Positions 1 through 19,143 of a DNA stretch of 64,000 bases are shown one piece after another. Below the pieces are notes generated by a model that made no database searches, was not told the origin of the DNA, and saw only the letters and a list, made by a program, of their open reading frames with translations. Position numbers and translations under genes: made by a program. The DNA is taken from NCBI RefSeq assembly GCF_022539665.2, contig NC_081331.1:2108001-2172000 (forward strand). The letters run 5' to 3'. Within the stretch, counting starts at the first letter, position 1; each line of letters starts with the position of its first letter. Source of the stretch: Daphnia carinata (taxonomy: Eukaryota).

Positions 1-336
1 GGTGGACATCGTCACTTTCGGGAGGCTACATGATGGATTGCGGCGAAGAAAACAGTTGCACTAAGTATCCCAATGGAAGAATATTTGTCAATGGCGGAGA
101 CGAAACGTCACAGGACACTCGTCATCGTCTAGAGCGCACAGAAGGGGGCCGAATGTTTTTCCCCGAAAAAAAGACGATGACAAATTTCCCTCTGACACAT
201 TTTTTGTTTAAACTTGTTTTTAGGTTTTTGACGGCCGCAACATAGTAATTCACAGGATCTCCTCAGAGTCTCTTTCATTTTGTACTTGGCGTCCATTGAG
301 TAGTAGCGGAGGGATCAAGGGAACAAGGGGAACCTT

Positions 337-2545
<2,209 letters not shown>

Positions 2546-4378
2546 GTCGACAGGAGCAGCAGCAGCACCTACCCCGAAAGACGAGCCGGCCAGACGTAGC
2601 GAAATTTTCAAAATTCGTTAACTCTTTTCGAAGAAAATCCCGCCCCAGCGAATCTGTGTGTTGAAACAAACGATGGTCAACCAACCTGTTAAATCCAAAG
2701 TAAAACTTTCACTTTGAAACAATCTCCAATAATCGTTAAGATCTATTACACTTGAAATATAATGGCTGATACACCACGCGGAAGAAGACGCACACAACGT
2801 TTAGATGAGAGACACACACAGATAATCGAAGAATGGCTGTCGCGTGGAGTCTTTAGCCACACTGCACAGCACTGTGCGTATGCAAGGCATTGGTAGGGGG
2901 TTTGGCGTGTCTACTGGGTATGTGCCGGCGGGATATAGGAAGAAAAAAAAGGGAGGCGGGTTTGTGTTAGTGGGTGGGTTGCAAAAAGTGGCGCCAAGAC
3001 AGCACACAAGTGAAATGGCGTCTCTTTTTTTTTTTAGATGGCTCACCTGTCTACGGTATGATGGTGGTGAAAACTGATGAAAATCCTTTTTGAGTAAGGA
3101 GCAATTCAATCTTCTAGTTTACACAACACGAACGCGCGCGTCTTCTCTGACCGACACAACTAGACAGACCGCGCGCCACCTACTCTCTGGTCGGTCGGAT
3201 CAAATATTTCATCATAAGGAAGAAGGGGAGAAAAAATAGTGGAAGGCTGGGTTGGGGAGGCAGACGCTTCTTCGGTGGGGTGGGTGGGTGGCGAGAAGAG
3301 TCAAAGGAAAATAGTGACGGATAGTTTGGCTACACACACAACAGAGAGCGCACAAGAGAGTTTTTCAGCCGAGGAGGAGGAGGGGGGAGAAAGAGGGAGG
3401 CCAAAGGCAGGACACGTGTGATCACAAAGGAGTCCAGAAACCTCGAACCGTAGATTTCTATTTTGGTGGAGGGTTTTTATTCTCGCTTTTCTTTTTTATT
3501 AAGACAGCAATAAGCTGTGATACACTGCTTTGTAGAGCGTTTTTTCCTCTATCGTAAGAGTTTAAATAAAGTCTGCTAAAAGATTGGCATCCAAGGGTTT
3601 TGCTACAAAATGTTGAAATTTCGCGAGAAGGTAGTCAACCAATCTGCCTCGCTACTCGGCATCGAACCGGTCCTCTGCGTCTTTGTATAGTCCAGTCCCG
3701 TGTCCTTGGATATTCGCCAGAAAAAAAACTTCTTCTTCTTCTTCTTCTTGATAGTTTTATTCTTTCCCCTTCTCCGTCTGACAAGAGAAAAGAGACGATG
3801 ATGGCGGCGGCGGTGGCCGGTCACTTTTATTATTATCATTATTAGTTCTTTTCGCACGGAATGATGTTCCGTGATACGACCGCCCTAAAAAAAACGTTTT
3901 CAAAACCCTCTCCATCATTCTGGCGGGAGAATGGATTTACTCGTAATGGAATTCCAGACGATCGATATAGCATTGAGGAGAGAATAACGAAGTTTGCAGA
4001 TAGACAAGTACAGTAGAGCAAAGTTTGTGAAACTTTGGCTACCGCGCCCAGTGATACAGTTTGATGCGCACTACAAAGTGGCGTAAATTAACCGTAAGCT
4101 TTGATGACTGGTCTCGCAGTTATGATTTTATTTTAACACCAAAACACCCTCCGGCGCACAACGGACGCTTGCGTTGAGATCATAACCGGCTTCCAAAACT
4201 TTTTGGGAGAAAACGCTAGATTACGGGACGTGTCTACATTCGGATCTTTATTTTCGCTCGGACAACGAAATCAAGCGCCAACATTTCTACCCCATCCAAA
4301 AAACTCTGCTCTACGGTGCCGGCTGGTGTATGACGTCGGTCTAGAAAATAAAGCAAAATGGAAAAAATGTATCTGTCA

Positions 4379-4390
4379 CCACTAGATGGC
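4379..4390 (+). promoter_or_regulatory. CTCF-like motif between divergent CtBP and MAEA
   Basis: CCACTAGATGGC matches the CTCF core consensus. Confidence 0.45.
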
Positions 4391-4515
4391 TCTACATATC
4401 GACTCTATTTACTTTTTCCTATCCTCTCTTCTTCTAGCCCCCAAAAGGAAGTTGCACATTTGTCTCTTGTCCATATATATGTTATGCGTTTGACGCTCCA
4501 CAATTTTACTCTGTC

Positions 4516-6094
4516 ATGGCTGATTTGAAGTCTTTAGAGCATCCCACCCTCAAGGTGACCATGAGTTATATTTTGAATTAAATTACTGTAATTTTTATTG
4601 ATTGGAAGGCGAGTTATGTTGATGGTTGTCTTTTGTTCTTACGAGTAGGTTCCATACGAAGTCCTGAATAAGAAATTTCGTGCTGGACAAAAAACCGTCG
4701 ACAGGGAAGTGTCCCATGTTCAAATGTCGATCTCTGAACTAGAAAAGAGCTTATTTCGAACACCTGTTCAAGTGGATCAAATATGCAGTCTTCTTGGAGC
4801 AACTGTTGAGAAACTACAAACAATGAAACGAAAGGTTCCAACTTGATCACAAATCATCCTTATCATATTATGGGTCACTCACAAGTGATGGATGATTCAG
4901 GTTGAAGAAGCCATCAGTGATGAGCTGGAAGCAGCTCAGAACTGTAAACGAAGGGTAGAACACCTTAAATTGGGGGCTGTTGGAATTATTCCAACGACTG
5001 ATTCTTCCATCACATATTCACTCTGGAAAAAAACACGGGTAGAGAGGTATCTGGTTGAACATCTTCTGAGAGCTGGACATTACAACACAGGTAACTAACT
5101 GGTTAAATTTAAAAGAGAAACTCATTAAAAGTTTGAATCTATAGCTCAGAAAATGGTGGAACAAAATCCTGAACTTGCAGAGCTTACTAATTTGGATATC
5201 TTTTTGGTTGCCCGAAATGTTGAATTGACACTGGCCCAGCAGCAGACCCAAGCTGCCTTAGCATGGATCCACGATCACAAGAGCAAACTAAGAAAAATAA
5301 AATCCACTTTGGAATTTCATCTGAGACAACAAGAATTCGTCGAACTCATCAGATCCGATCGTCGAATGGACGCCGTGCGCCATGCCCGAAAGTACTTGAC
5401 CAATATGGATGACGTTCCATTGGAGGAACTGCAACATGCGCTAGCCCTTCTTGCGTTTCCTTCGGACACTCGTAATTCGTTGGCCTATTTATCGATGAAT
5501 TATACCTTGTGCTAATTTTTACCATCTTACGCAGAGTTATCACCCTACAAAGAACTACTCGATACTTCCCGATGGATTGCTTTAACTGAAGAATTCCGTC
5601 AAGATTACTTCCGACTTTATCAGCTGGCTCCTTTGTCCGTCTTGGCAGTCGCGTTGCAAGCTGGACTATCCGCAATGAAAACTCCGTAATTCTTAAGAAA
5701 TCGCTGTAAAAAGATGTTTTGACTCCAAATATTAAATATTGCAGGCAGTGTTATCGTCCCGTGGACCAGAGAAACGCCGAATGTCCTGTTTGCCAAGAAC
5801 CTTTGAATAAGTTGGCTGAACGTTTACCTCACGCCCACTGCTCACAGTCACGATTGATCTGTCGTCTTTCTGGCTTGCCCCTCAACGAACATAATTTGCC
5901 TATGATGCTACCTAATGGTCGCGTTTACGGAGAACAGGTAACTTCATTAATATTATGGATTGATTTTCGGATATAAAGTTTTGTGGGATCAGGCCTTACG
6001 AAATATGGCAATGAGCAACAACGGGATGGTTACCTGTCCACGCACTAAAGAAGTCTTCGCCATCAAGGATGCAGAGAAAGTCTATGTCATGTAG
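4516..6094 (+). CDS. MAEA: Macrophage erythroblast attacher / GID9 (CTLH E3 ligase subunit), multi-exon
   Basis: [24 protein letters not shown] start, LisH/CTLH/CRA segments ([25 protein letters not shown]), RING-like CPVC...[17 protein letters not shown]...[11 protein letters not shown], ends AEKVYVM*. Confidence 0.93.
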
Positions 6095-6286
6095 TTATTT
6101 TGATTCCCCTTTCTAATACAAAATTCTGAAGTATTCATAGGGAACGGACAGTTGTTATTGACCATTAAGTTCTTTGAAACACGTTTTCATTATTGACAAT
6201 TACAATACTACATTACAGAAAATTTAATCTGCCATTCGGCAAATTTTACAGTGCACATACCTTTTCATGATTAGTAAACGCAGAGT

Positions 6287-9170
6287 CTAATCCAGATGTA
6301 GGTGTTCTTGCATTTGGTCTGCCTCGTAACGTGGACCTATGACTTCGCCAACAGAAGGATCCCCGGAGGAAGAATGTAGTTGCGACCATAGAGTTTGGTG
6401 GCACATAGGGCAACGATCTTGCACGTACAACCTGCAGGACAAATAAAACATGGTTTCGACAGCTAAGATAACTTATAATAAATATACCATTTCCGTAGAC
6501 AGACAGCATGAAAGTAATGTCGGCACGGAGTTACTTTAACCATTACCTAATATGACAATGAAAGATATAGAAAGAATCAGAAAAATAAAAAATCATTAAC
6601 TTTACATTATTGGGGCCGTTGGGCTTCAGATCGTGAAAGCAAATCGCACAAACATCGTCCAATTGATCTAATTGATCGACGGTTTCAAGTGTAGCGATTT
6701 TATGAACAGCTGTTCTACGACGAGTGAAAATTTTCCACCCGACTCGTGCTTCGCACCACAAGTTGAAGTAAGCGTGCAGACCCACCAGAACGGCACGAAT
6801 TGCCCCACCACTTTCGAAAATCAATATGAAGGCAGAATTGCAAAGGAGGAACAAACCGACTAGAAACTCTACAACGCGACCAGCAAACCTGAAAGACAAA
6901 AAAAAAGGTAGTTTTAGGACAAGCCTTTGAACTAGCATGGTTGATTAATAACCGATGCCGGTAAGCTAATGGTAATGATATCTCTTTAGGACATGGGCCA
7001 TGTCCTTCTAAATGCCGAACAAAAAAACGGTTGAAAAAAGGCAGTAAAAACTAAGAAACGTGGCAACTTCTTTACTCGTAGGTTAGCACGATTGTCACGG
7101 AATTGGATTAAACCTTCATAAACAACCTTGACATGATTCCTACTGCTATTTCATGAATATAAAAAGGAATAAATCAAACGTGACACTGCGCAATCAAGAA
7201 ATTACGAACTCAATGATTTACTAGGCTACATAACCTATAACTGTAAAACCGTATTTGGTTGGAAGTTGAATGATTTCAATAGTTTAAGTTTCGATTTTCC
7301 CTTAGTAAGTAATTTATACCTGACACGGTAGACGTGATCATCTAGTTTATCCCAGAATTCGCTAAGCTTAGCGTCAGCCAGGAAAAGTCCATAGAGGGCA
7401 AGAGAGGCAAATACTTTGCATATAACTTCCAGGCTGAAACCGCTCACTGCCAATAGCCAAGTACTGATTGAATGAGTCAACCAGAGAAAGTATAGACCGC
7501 AAAATGCGACTACTGTAAGTCCAGCACTAACAGCCAACGCCCGCGCATGACGAGTCACATCGGGATTGGCACTGCAAAGTCAAATTAAAATGATGGAAGC
7601 CATATAATTTGTAAATAAAATAATAAAAACCTGGCAGCAAGGGACATCAAAACTGGATCGACTGCGTTATGTACAAAGTGCAAAAAGCAAGCCAAAAGAA
7701 GTACAATATTACGTCCTAAGCGGACGATACGAGCAGCTGGCTGCAAAGTGCTCAATCCATTTTGAAAGGCTAAGATTATAAATAGTACTGCAGAAACAGG
7801 TCCGACGTGGGAAACTTCGTCATGCGGAATCATTAAAAAGAGCTGACACATGACGTAGAACTGGAAGGCAAAAGATTACGTTTAACATATTATCCGTTAC
7901 ACAATAACGTATGTCTGATACCTTTCCGGCAAACCATGAGAAGATGGATGACATGCCCAAGATGGCAGGTAGGGTTTCACATCCTCGGATAAGCATGACT
8001 TTAAACAATGTTTTTAGGTTATCGCTTTCGGCCCAGACACCAGGCTCTGAGGAAACTACGTATATGTACAAATGAATTCCGACGCGGATCATCCAGAAAG
8101 TGCGGAAAATAAGTGGAACATTCAATCGGAGCCATTCTGCTTCGGCGAGCGCCATAAATCCTTCTGCCCGAATAAACGAAACCACATAAGAGATCCGATC
8201 CTTTATTTCTTTATAGACCTGAAGGAAGATGTCGATGGTTATTTTCACAGCCAAAAAAATTGTTAGAAACATAGTTTGTTTAGTGAAGTACCCTAAAATA
8301 TAGAAAGTATTTTGTACCATGGAAAAGTTGCTCCAAACCACACTTGCGATATGAAGTGAGAGGAGTAGAAAACACCAAAGAGGGAAAGGGTTTTTCTCCA
8401 GAGGAATCATCACAGTCAAACTAGGTACGAGAAAACTTAACGCCAGAAGTCCTTGCAATGCAGGAATTGACGGTCCGAAATTGACCACCAGATATCCAGA
8501 TGCCAACACTGACTGAGTGGCTATGTTACAAATGATAAAAAATAAGCCAGGAATCGCACGGAAAACGGCTTCCAGGTCGAGTCTCCATAGCGATCGAAAA
8601 GATAATGTAGTTGCTGTTGCTACACTAATGGAGGCTTGCTGGTTACAATGATAGCTGGCTGTTACAAGCAGCAACGAGAAAAGAAATTCATAGACTTTAA
8701 CAAGATGTTTTGTCCATAAAGTCAACGTAAACAATGCTGCACATGTTGCTGTAAAACAAACTAAATTAATAAACCTAAACAGAATAATATTTCTAAATAA
8801 GAAATAATTTACCAGAGAGCAAAAGAGCTAGTTGAAGGCTGAAGCCCAGAATTCCTTGACAAATAGAAATGTCGATGTTGAAGAATGTTGATGATGTGCC
8901 ATCAAATTCAATGACATTGATGAGGCTTTGACTCAGATTACCAAAGACTCCTGAATCATAGTTAGCTACTGAATGAAGTGGCCTTGATAATGTATGGTTT
9001 GAATCTCCCACAACATCATCAAAATCTGCCTCCTTGTGCAGAGGTAGAAGCGTGCAAGGATACAAACCAAGATCTGCTAAATTTGACTGGAATATTTCAT
9101 CAAGAATAAACAGGGACGGTACCCTGAGAAGAATATCTAAAAAGTTAAGAATGATTTGTTTGGTATCCAT
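6287..9170 (-). CDS. RNF139: TRC8/RNF139 (RNF145-like) multi-pass ER membrane RING-H2 E3 ligase, multi-exon
   Basis: LDILLRVPSLFILD N-terminus, many TM segments, EWLRLNVP, WDKLDDHVY, RING-H2 DDVCAICF...TPCRHYFHAVCLRKWLYVQDRCPMCH split over introns; TAG at 6287-6289. Confidence 0.9.
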
Positions 9171-10244
9171 CAGGAACTGTTCTATTCAGCAACGATTAGC
9201 TGTGGATGTTCTATTTCCACATGTTTACATACATGTCACACCATGTCTCACTGATATGCCCACTAAAAATCAAGAAAGAGACTGGTCCAACAGTGCTGCA
9301 ACTTGACTGGTATCTTGACTAAAGATGATTGTTGTGATAAGATTATTGTACTTAAGAAAGGATCTGTTGCCTTAAGTTTGGATGCAAAATATTTTTGTTA
9401 TTTGCACAGCCGCTTAAACACTGGAGCTCAAAACACCAAAGTAGCTAAAAGCCTCCAAAAACACTGAAAAACTTTCTGTTTCCATCAAGGCCAGTAATGC
9501 AACAACGGATGACATAGTAACGCTAAGAACGACTTCGTTGCAGCGTCTGAAGGCCAGTGTTCAAAGCCAAATACTTGAATTTTCACTCAACGGCCTCGAT
9601 TACTGTTCCTTTTTTTTTTTTTAGTTCTACTCCCACCTGATAGTCAGCCGCATGGTTAACCAATTGTAAACTAACTTTCTCGAGGCATATAAAACACACT
9701 TCGGTAAGCTTTCCGAGTTACGCTTATGCACATCTTATCTCTTTTAAGCGATTTTCTTTTTGCAATTTCAGCATGACAGAAGAGATTCTTGTTGATATTC
9801 GTCTCTGGGCTGTCTACCCTACCGTCCTCTTTAGGCAGAAACATGAATGAAGTAAGAAAATTATGAATGTTTTGGTTCTTTGCCAAAACGTTCACTCTTT
9901 CCGGTAGTTGCTGGATTAAAATAAATAAAGAACAAGTTGAGGCGGATATGTTCGCAATACCTCCCATTCCGGTCTAACAGTAGTTGTATTTGGAAGTAGT
10001 CATCACTAACTGGCGTTGACAGAAACCAGAATCAAACAACTCCCATTGCACAATAAAATGAAGGAAAAAAATCATAGCGGGAAAGGATTTTCTTGAAACA
10101 GTATATTTTGGGTTGTTGTTGTTGTTGTTATTCTGCTGATGATCTTGCAGTGCATGTGAATTTCTTATTTAATGATAGAGATAGACAGAAGAAAGAAAGA
10201 AAGAAACAACGACTTTTTGAGGGTGGAGGGATAAAGAAAAGATT

Positions 10245-11322
10245 TTAAGCAGCCTCGCCTTCAGTTTCCTCAGCTGGAGAGGAGGTCAGCATCTGGATGA
10301 GTGCGTTGCAGTCGATGCGGTTGTTGTTGTCAATGGTCATTTCAGCAAAGGCGTCATCGACCTCTTTGCTGCTGAATTTCTCGCCCCAGGTCATCAAGGC
10401 GTGTCGCAAGTTCTCACCATCGATGTGGCCAGTACCATCATCGAAAGATTTGAAGGCAGCGATGACAACTTCATCGTCATCAGCACCGCCAGATTGTCTA
10501 TCGGCGAACATGGTCAACAGCATAGTAAAGTTGATGGGTCCGGGAGCATCGTTCAGCATCTCATCGAGTTCCTTTTCGGAGGCGATGCGGCCCAGCTCGT
10601 CGTAGGTGGCACGTAGGTCGTTCTTGCCCAAGATACCGTCCTTGTCACGGTCCATCAACTGGAAGCCTTCCTTGAATTCGGCCACCTGCTTCTGGCTGAA
10701 CATCGAGAAGACATTACTGCCAGAGCGCTTGGCCTCCTTCTTGGAGCCACCGGTTGATCCGGACTTGGTCGAGCTCTGTCAAAATAAAAATGTAGTAGTG
10801 AATGAATGATTATTTGAATAGTTGATGAATAGAATCTTACTGCTGCAGGAGCAGCAGCGGGTGCGGGGGCGGGAGCAGCCTCAGCTGGAGCGGGTTCCTC
10901 TTCCTTCTTCTTCTTCTTCTTCTTCTTCTCTACATCACCCTGTCGAATGAAAGTTAGTTTAGAAAGGGATTTGAAAATGTTTCAGGGAGACGCAATTAAT
11001 AATTGCGGAAGCTAATGTAAAGAACCCAGTCCAAGCTACGAGCTATTTCAGTTGCACACTAGTAAACTGTGCCCGGCGTGAGGCACCCTCGATTCTATTT
11101 TCGGAACCGGAACTGTGTATAGAGCTGTTGACTGTATACGAGGTGCCGATCACGAAGGGTACTTGAGGAACACAATTTTAAAAGAGGGACGATTGATGCA
11201 AAATAGAAATTTCACAGATGATTTTTACACTTTTTCCGGTTACATTCGAACAATTTTGGAAACTTAAAGATCACCACACAGGTGCTAAGAGTTTCGATCG
11301 TAGGTAGAATGGGCCTCACCAT
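10245..11322 (-). CDS. Mlc2: Muscle myosin regulatory light chain 2 with Lys and Pro/Ala-rich N-terminal extension
   Basis: ATG-only first coding exon (11320-11322), exon 2 GDVEK(n)EEEPAPAEAAPAPAP, exon 3 KRSGSNVFSMFSQKQVAEFKEGFQLMDRDKDG EF-hand and GPINFT. Confidence 0.93.
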
Positions 11323-11415
11323 GATGACGAGTTTAGTTCAGAGGATAGAAGGTCGAGTGTGTTCCAGTAGCTCCTTGTGAGAGAGACTGGGCAATGAACA
11401 GTTCGGCGGACGCCC

Positions 11416-11423
11416 TTTTTATA
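11416..11423 (-). promoter_or_regulatory. TATA box of Mlc2
   Basis: TATAAAAA on the minus strand, about 30 nt upstream of an Inr-like CCAGTC (~11385-11390). Confidence 0.6.
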
Positions 11424-12329
11424 CCCCGTCTAACTATAGGTTACATCGTCGACGCCCCGGTTAGTTCTTACATGCCAATCCCGCTATACACGTACGGGAG
11501 CCCACAATCCATAGCGCGCGCGGAAGCAAAAGACGAGTAAACTTAGAAACACCAGTCTCAGCTCGCGTCCATAGCAGCCAATAGCCAATCCGAAACGCTA
11601 CCCAGCTCCATATATAGCTGCCAACGCACATTGATGACATGGATCCTACGTCAATTTTTCTAATTATTCCCTTTTTTTTATTATTTTAACCACTACTTAA
11701 CATTTGAAACATTATTGAAGCGTATTAAAAGGAAAATAGAAACAGGGTGTGTGTGTGTGTCCGGAACCGACAATATGTCTTACGAGTATTTTTGATGAAT
11801 CATAGACTAGATTGAAAAAAGAGAATCTTAAAATAGAAACAACTTTAAGAACTAGGAAAATCATTTGGAACAATCTGAAGATTTTCTTAATACTGTGAGA
11901 TTATTATAACATTATGATTCAAGCAAATGGTACCATTTAGTGCGAAAAATTATTGAAGAACAATGAATTCTCGGGATTTCCAAACACTTGTTTTTCAACA
12001 GAAAACTTATCAATGTCTAAGGTCATGGTTTCACTTAAGTTTCGTATTGCAAGTTCAAGAAACCCCATCAACCCTCTTCATAGAGGCAATACTTGGCGAA
12101 AATTCGCAGGGTGCACGTAGGTCTTCCCAACGGAATTCATTTAAGTTTTATTATCAACCGTTTAAAAGAAACGTTATATAATTAAATATTTTACAACCTT
12201 TACTTTGTGGTTGCAGTTCGAGGTTTCCTGAAAAAACATTACGAAAAATTCCCAGTTTTTAATTAAATCAATAAACCGTCCCCTTTATAATATACGTAAT
12301 ACTTTTACCCTGACGTCGGGAGCTCGCAT

Positions 12330-12339
12330 TTAAAAATAG
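12330..12339. promoter_or_regulatory. MEF2-type site upstream of Mlc2
   Basis: TTAAAAATAG fits YTA(W)4TAR, ~0.9 kb upstream of a muscle gene; AT-rich, so chance is possible. Confidence 0.35.
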
Positions 12340-13304
12340 TTTTCGTTGTTCGGAATCGCTCGGAAAAGGAAATCAGGTCACGTAGAGCTAGAAAAGAGCA
12401 AGCTACCGTCTAGTTTGGCATCGGTTAGCCGTTTTCTCTTCGTCTAATCATTGCAGGGGTGGAATTCTCGTGTTTTTGTTTTCTCTGTTTTGTTCAAACG
12501 ACGTTTCCACAACGTTGACGGTTTATAAGCTTTATTACTTCCGAAAACAGACAAAAATGAATCCATATGCCCTAAAGCGATACACCCTAAAAGGAAGTGT
12601 ATAAAACCCACAGATTTGAGACAAAAATGGCTGGGTGAGGAATTCGTTCCTCAGTTCAATCTGGAAACTGGTAATCGGAGAAGCTCAAGCTTCGTATAAA
12701 CAGCGTCACACTATGAAAGTTTGTAAGACCACACGTTTTAGTCTTATTCTTGAATATGCGGTTACTAACCTTATATTTGATTATTTGTGCATTCCACAGT
12801 CATCAATTCCATTGCGAAAATTCACCAAGTAATGTCGTCTGCATTACCATCTTCGGAGGTGGTGTTTGCGGTCATGATAGCCTCACTAGTGACATTACCG
12901 TCAGCACAGGTCATCGTGATGGTGTGTTTGTTATACGGTTGCTTGCAGTGCATTTCCATTATTGTGGTTCTCGGTGTTTCGCTGTATACAATTCCAATAA
13001 GGCTATGTACTTCTACCTACCGTGACGGCCATTCTAGCAGGCGATATCCACCCATTTTTCTGCCCCTTCGAGCTCGGCATGTTGACCAATTCATGGAGCG
13101 CGACGGCGCCAAACATCGCAATTTTCATTGACATTGACTTGTCAGTATAAAGACTCGCCCTGTGATCTCAACCAGTTTTATCCATCGCTTCCAACTCAAT
13201 ACATCGCACACATGAAGTTTAAGGTTGAAATGAAAATGTATTTCTTTTGCCACCAACCAATACATTGTTAGTATTCAGAACGAATGAATTAAACTTTTTT
13301 TCCA

Positions 13305-15460
13305 TCATTGATCTCTAGGATTTACTTTCTTGCCACCCCAACCCCACAACCCTTTGACGAATCCAGTGATTCCGGCTCCCGTACTCTTCTTGTTCTCCAT
13401 ACTCTCCGCCAACGAAGGGAAGCTTATGTGGTTGAGAGCCAGGTCGAAGAAAAGCGGTTTGCAAGGCACAGGCACCATAGTTGGCGGCAGCTTGATAACA
13501 TTCGGCGTGTTTGTTGTTAAGCTGGCATCTTCCACAAATTCGTCCAATCGCAGAGACAAACTCTACATGTACAATATCAGTTTGTAGACAGCCAGACACC
13601 ATATTTGTAATTCAGGTGCAGCAGCATACCTTTTTGGAACGCACGCTAAGACCACTCATGGCAGCATTGATATCTTCGACACCCAGGATATTCTGGGCGT
13701 GGGCTGCGCATTTGCCCGAGTTTACCAGACTGCGCAGGTGAGCCAAGTCCTGGCCAACGGGAGCGTACTTGGTAAACTCAGAGTCGCCGAGCTTCTTTCC
13801 TTCCGCCTGGTTAATGTAAGTTTCAGCTCGCTGGTACAAGGCCAGCGCTTCAGCCCATTGGCGGTTACCCTGGCATGTCAGCGCCATGTAATAGCAACGG
13901 AAGGCTTTGAAAAACTTTTGTGAGTAATTCCAGGTCGTTTTGGAATTTCTTATCATTCTCCATTCCTTGCAATTGCTGCAATTCGCCAGACAATTGGACC
14001 ATTGCTTCGTAAAGCTTTACTCCTTCTTGCGGTTTGGCTACTTTTTTAGATTCGCCGCTCTAGATATAAGTGGGTTAAAAATGATTCAAGACAAACCTCC
14101 AAACGAAATACCTGGTAGGCGGCGAAATTCTTCTGAAACACATTTACCATCACCAAGTTTCGATCAATTGTCAGCGTTGCTCGCAGAAATGTTAAATAAC
14201 TCAGCAGATATTGTTGGGATCCCAACTGAGATGGTTGAACATCTACCTTGTTTTTAGCGACCGCTGCCAAATCTTCCTTTAGAGATTGAATAGCTTCTTT
14301 ACAGTCCAGCAAAATAGTCTCGTATGCGGACAGTTTGGCATCAAAGTCGTTGGCCTTCCCAATGCTGGAATCTAGACCTTGATAAGCCAAGAGAAAAACA
14401 CGAATTTTCTCCAATCGAACAGGAACCGTACGGCCGCGCCAGGTCACTTCCAGCAAACTTGCTGCCTGCTTTTCACGTGTTTGGGCGATCAAAGCATCCA
14501 ATTCAGATTTACCGCCTTTGCTACGCATGTTCAAGAGATCCTGTTGAGCGCTTGAGTCGCCAATGTTGTAAGCGCAATAACGCAAGTTAGGGTTCAGCTC
14601 TTCGACGCGTTGTTTATACAAAATTTGTTCGTCTTCATTGAGAGCGGATGCCAGTTTCTCATAGATGGTTTGAGATAACACAAGTTTTTCACTGGCCTGT
14701 TTCCATTCTTGTAGCTCAAAAAACAGAGTTCCTTGCATCCATGCCGAGTATGCTTGAGCTTCAAGTTTGGTCCTTGCATCACACAGAGGACTTTGGCAGA
14801 TGTACTCGAGATGAATAGTGTGGGTGACAGCCTTACGCAGCCTAGCAACTAGGTGAAACTTCTTCCTAGGTTCAGTGTTTGACTCTTGTTTAAGCTGCAT
14901 TGCATATCCCCAAGCTCTTTCAGCTTGAATCAATGGAAGATATAAGAACTTTTCATCTTTCAAGTTATCCAACGTCACCTCCTGAAAAATAATTGACTTT
15001 AGAACTTCTTCAGATATTGATAAAAATTATTCTTAGTGTGGATACCCTTTTCTTGAAACCTTTGCGATCTCCTTGAGGGAAATGAAGGACTTTTCTCAAC
15101 CTAAAGTGTGTGTATAAGAAATAAACATTAATGATATATTTTGTCTGTTGATGATAATATAAAACTTTTACCTATGCAAACGACTGGAGCAATATGTTCT
15201 ATATCTTTGATAGTCACCATGTCGAAGGCCATGTTGTTGCTGTGCCTCTTTGATTAACTTCAACAAAGGTACAGTATAAATACTTTCAGGACCTTTGCTT
15301 GAATCTGTGTCAAGAAGAATGGTATTGCAGTATGATCTACTCACAACTGCTGAACATAATATATATAAAATATCAACAAGGAATAACTACCATTTTTTGT
15401 ACCCGACTGTTGTTGGGTAGTAGTGATGGTTTCAGAATCATTCGCTTTTGTTTCTGTCAT
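13305..15460 (-). CDS. SRP68: Signal recognition particle subunit SRP68, multi-exon
   Basis: IKEAQQQHGLRHGDYQRYRTYCSSRL, AERAWGYAMQLKQE, CDARTKLEAQAY, PVPCKPLFFDLALNH, GFVKGLWGWG. Confidence 0.95.
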
Positions 15461-16191
15461 ACTGACATATATTTTCCCGAAGATTTTCTTAAGATTGTTT
15501 AGTAATGAGAAAGTCTGACATGTGCCATCCCCACTGCCAACACAACGTAATCGATTTTTATGTCGATTAGTGAAGTTGGCGATAACGCTCAAAATCGATT
15601 TCGAACAAGGTTGTCGATATTACGATGCCGGAAGTTATGCTATTTGTCTTTTCTCGAATACTGGCTGAGTAAACTTAAGTTTGTTTGCACCAATTTAAAA
15701 TAAATGCATAACTTACTAATAAGTAAAAACATTCTAAGTTTTTATACGGATAGTTCTCATTATTGGAAAACGGGCAGTGTGGCAAATCAGACTATAAAAT
15801 GCTGTTGATCCACGTTGAAAACTTGCATCCTATAAATGAAGGAGCTAGTAACGAAACGAAGCAAATGTTTTATGCAACATGGGCTATTTCCCAATCGCAG
15901 GCGCAGTATGAAGCAACTGGCAGAATTACTATGCTCAGTCAAAGCTCTGTTTTTCTCTAAGCATATCAAACATGTTGGAAAAAAAAGCAAAAAAGAAAGG
16001 TCCCACGTGTATACTTTTAAAGCTGCTGTAGCCTGCAGAGGAATGAAACATCGATTTAGATAATTTCCGCTCTGATCTTTTCTCTTCCCCTTATCTTCTA
16101 TTACCGAGATGTTGTATAAAGCCTGTTTTACTATGAGAAAGATGAACGTAATAGTTTATTAATTTCTTTACGATACAACGCTCATAGCTGT

Positions 16192-16213
16192 CCAATGAGA
16201 TAGTGCCACGTCA
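16192..16213 (+). promoter_or_regulatory. ERSE (CCAAT-N9-CCACG) overlapping a UPRE (TGACGTGG, minus strand)
   Basis: CCAAT gagatagtg CCACG tca. Confidence 0.8.
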
Positions 16214-16452
16214 CAAAGCACGCAAAAAAAATTTGGTATAGCAATCGTAAGTGCAATTCAATGCTTCGGGAATCATCTATAATAAAGCAGAATTAGGTAA
16301 AGTTGTTATTGCATCAGTTAACAGTAAAAACAAGGAGCATTCATGGGCAGCTGTCGTGGCAGTGTTAGATTTGAGAGAAAAAATTGTCTTCTCTTTTCTT
16401 CTGGAATCGTACCGCAATTGGCTAGATGGCCTGCTTGTCATAATGTCGTGGA

Positions 16453-16471
16453 CCAATCACAGTTTACCACG
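16453..16471 (+). promoter_or_regulatory. ERSE (CCAAT-N9-CCACG)
   Basis: CCAAT cacagttta CCACG, proximal to BiP. Confidence 0.85.
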
Positions 16472-16856
16472 AAAGCGAAGCCCCCTAGCGGCCACGAGCA
16501 AGTTTTCTCCCTTAGAACATATATTCCGACCGAGGAAGTATTCACGTCATTACTACGTCAACTTCAAGACCGGCAAAACGAATAATACACACTGTTCTTG
16601 CGAATTTCGATAGTCTTTCTCATCTATAATCGTCTTATTATTTGAGTAAGTTTTGTTCCCATTCGTTTTTCTGTTAATATCAACTAGTTCGGTTTGTTTT
16701 TGCATTGTATTCAAAGAGATTTTATACGTGCACATGCCTTGCCGGTTCACGTTCTGTCACGAGGGTTCATTCACCTGGACATGTTTGATGCTAATGTAGT
16801 TTTTTTTCGTCCAAAACAGGGTTAATTCTTCAATACTGCAGTTTCAAAAACAGAAA

Positions 16857-19143
<2,287 letters not shown>

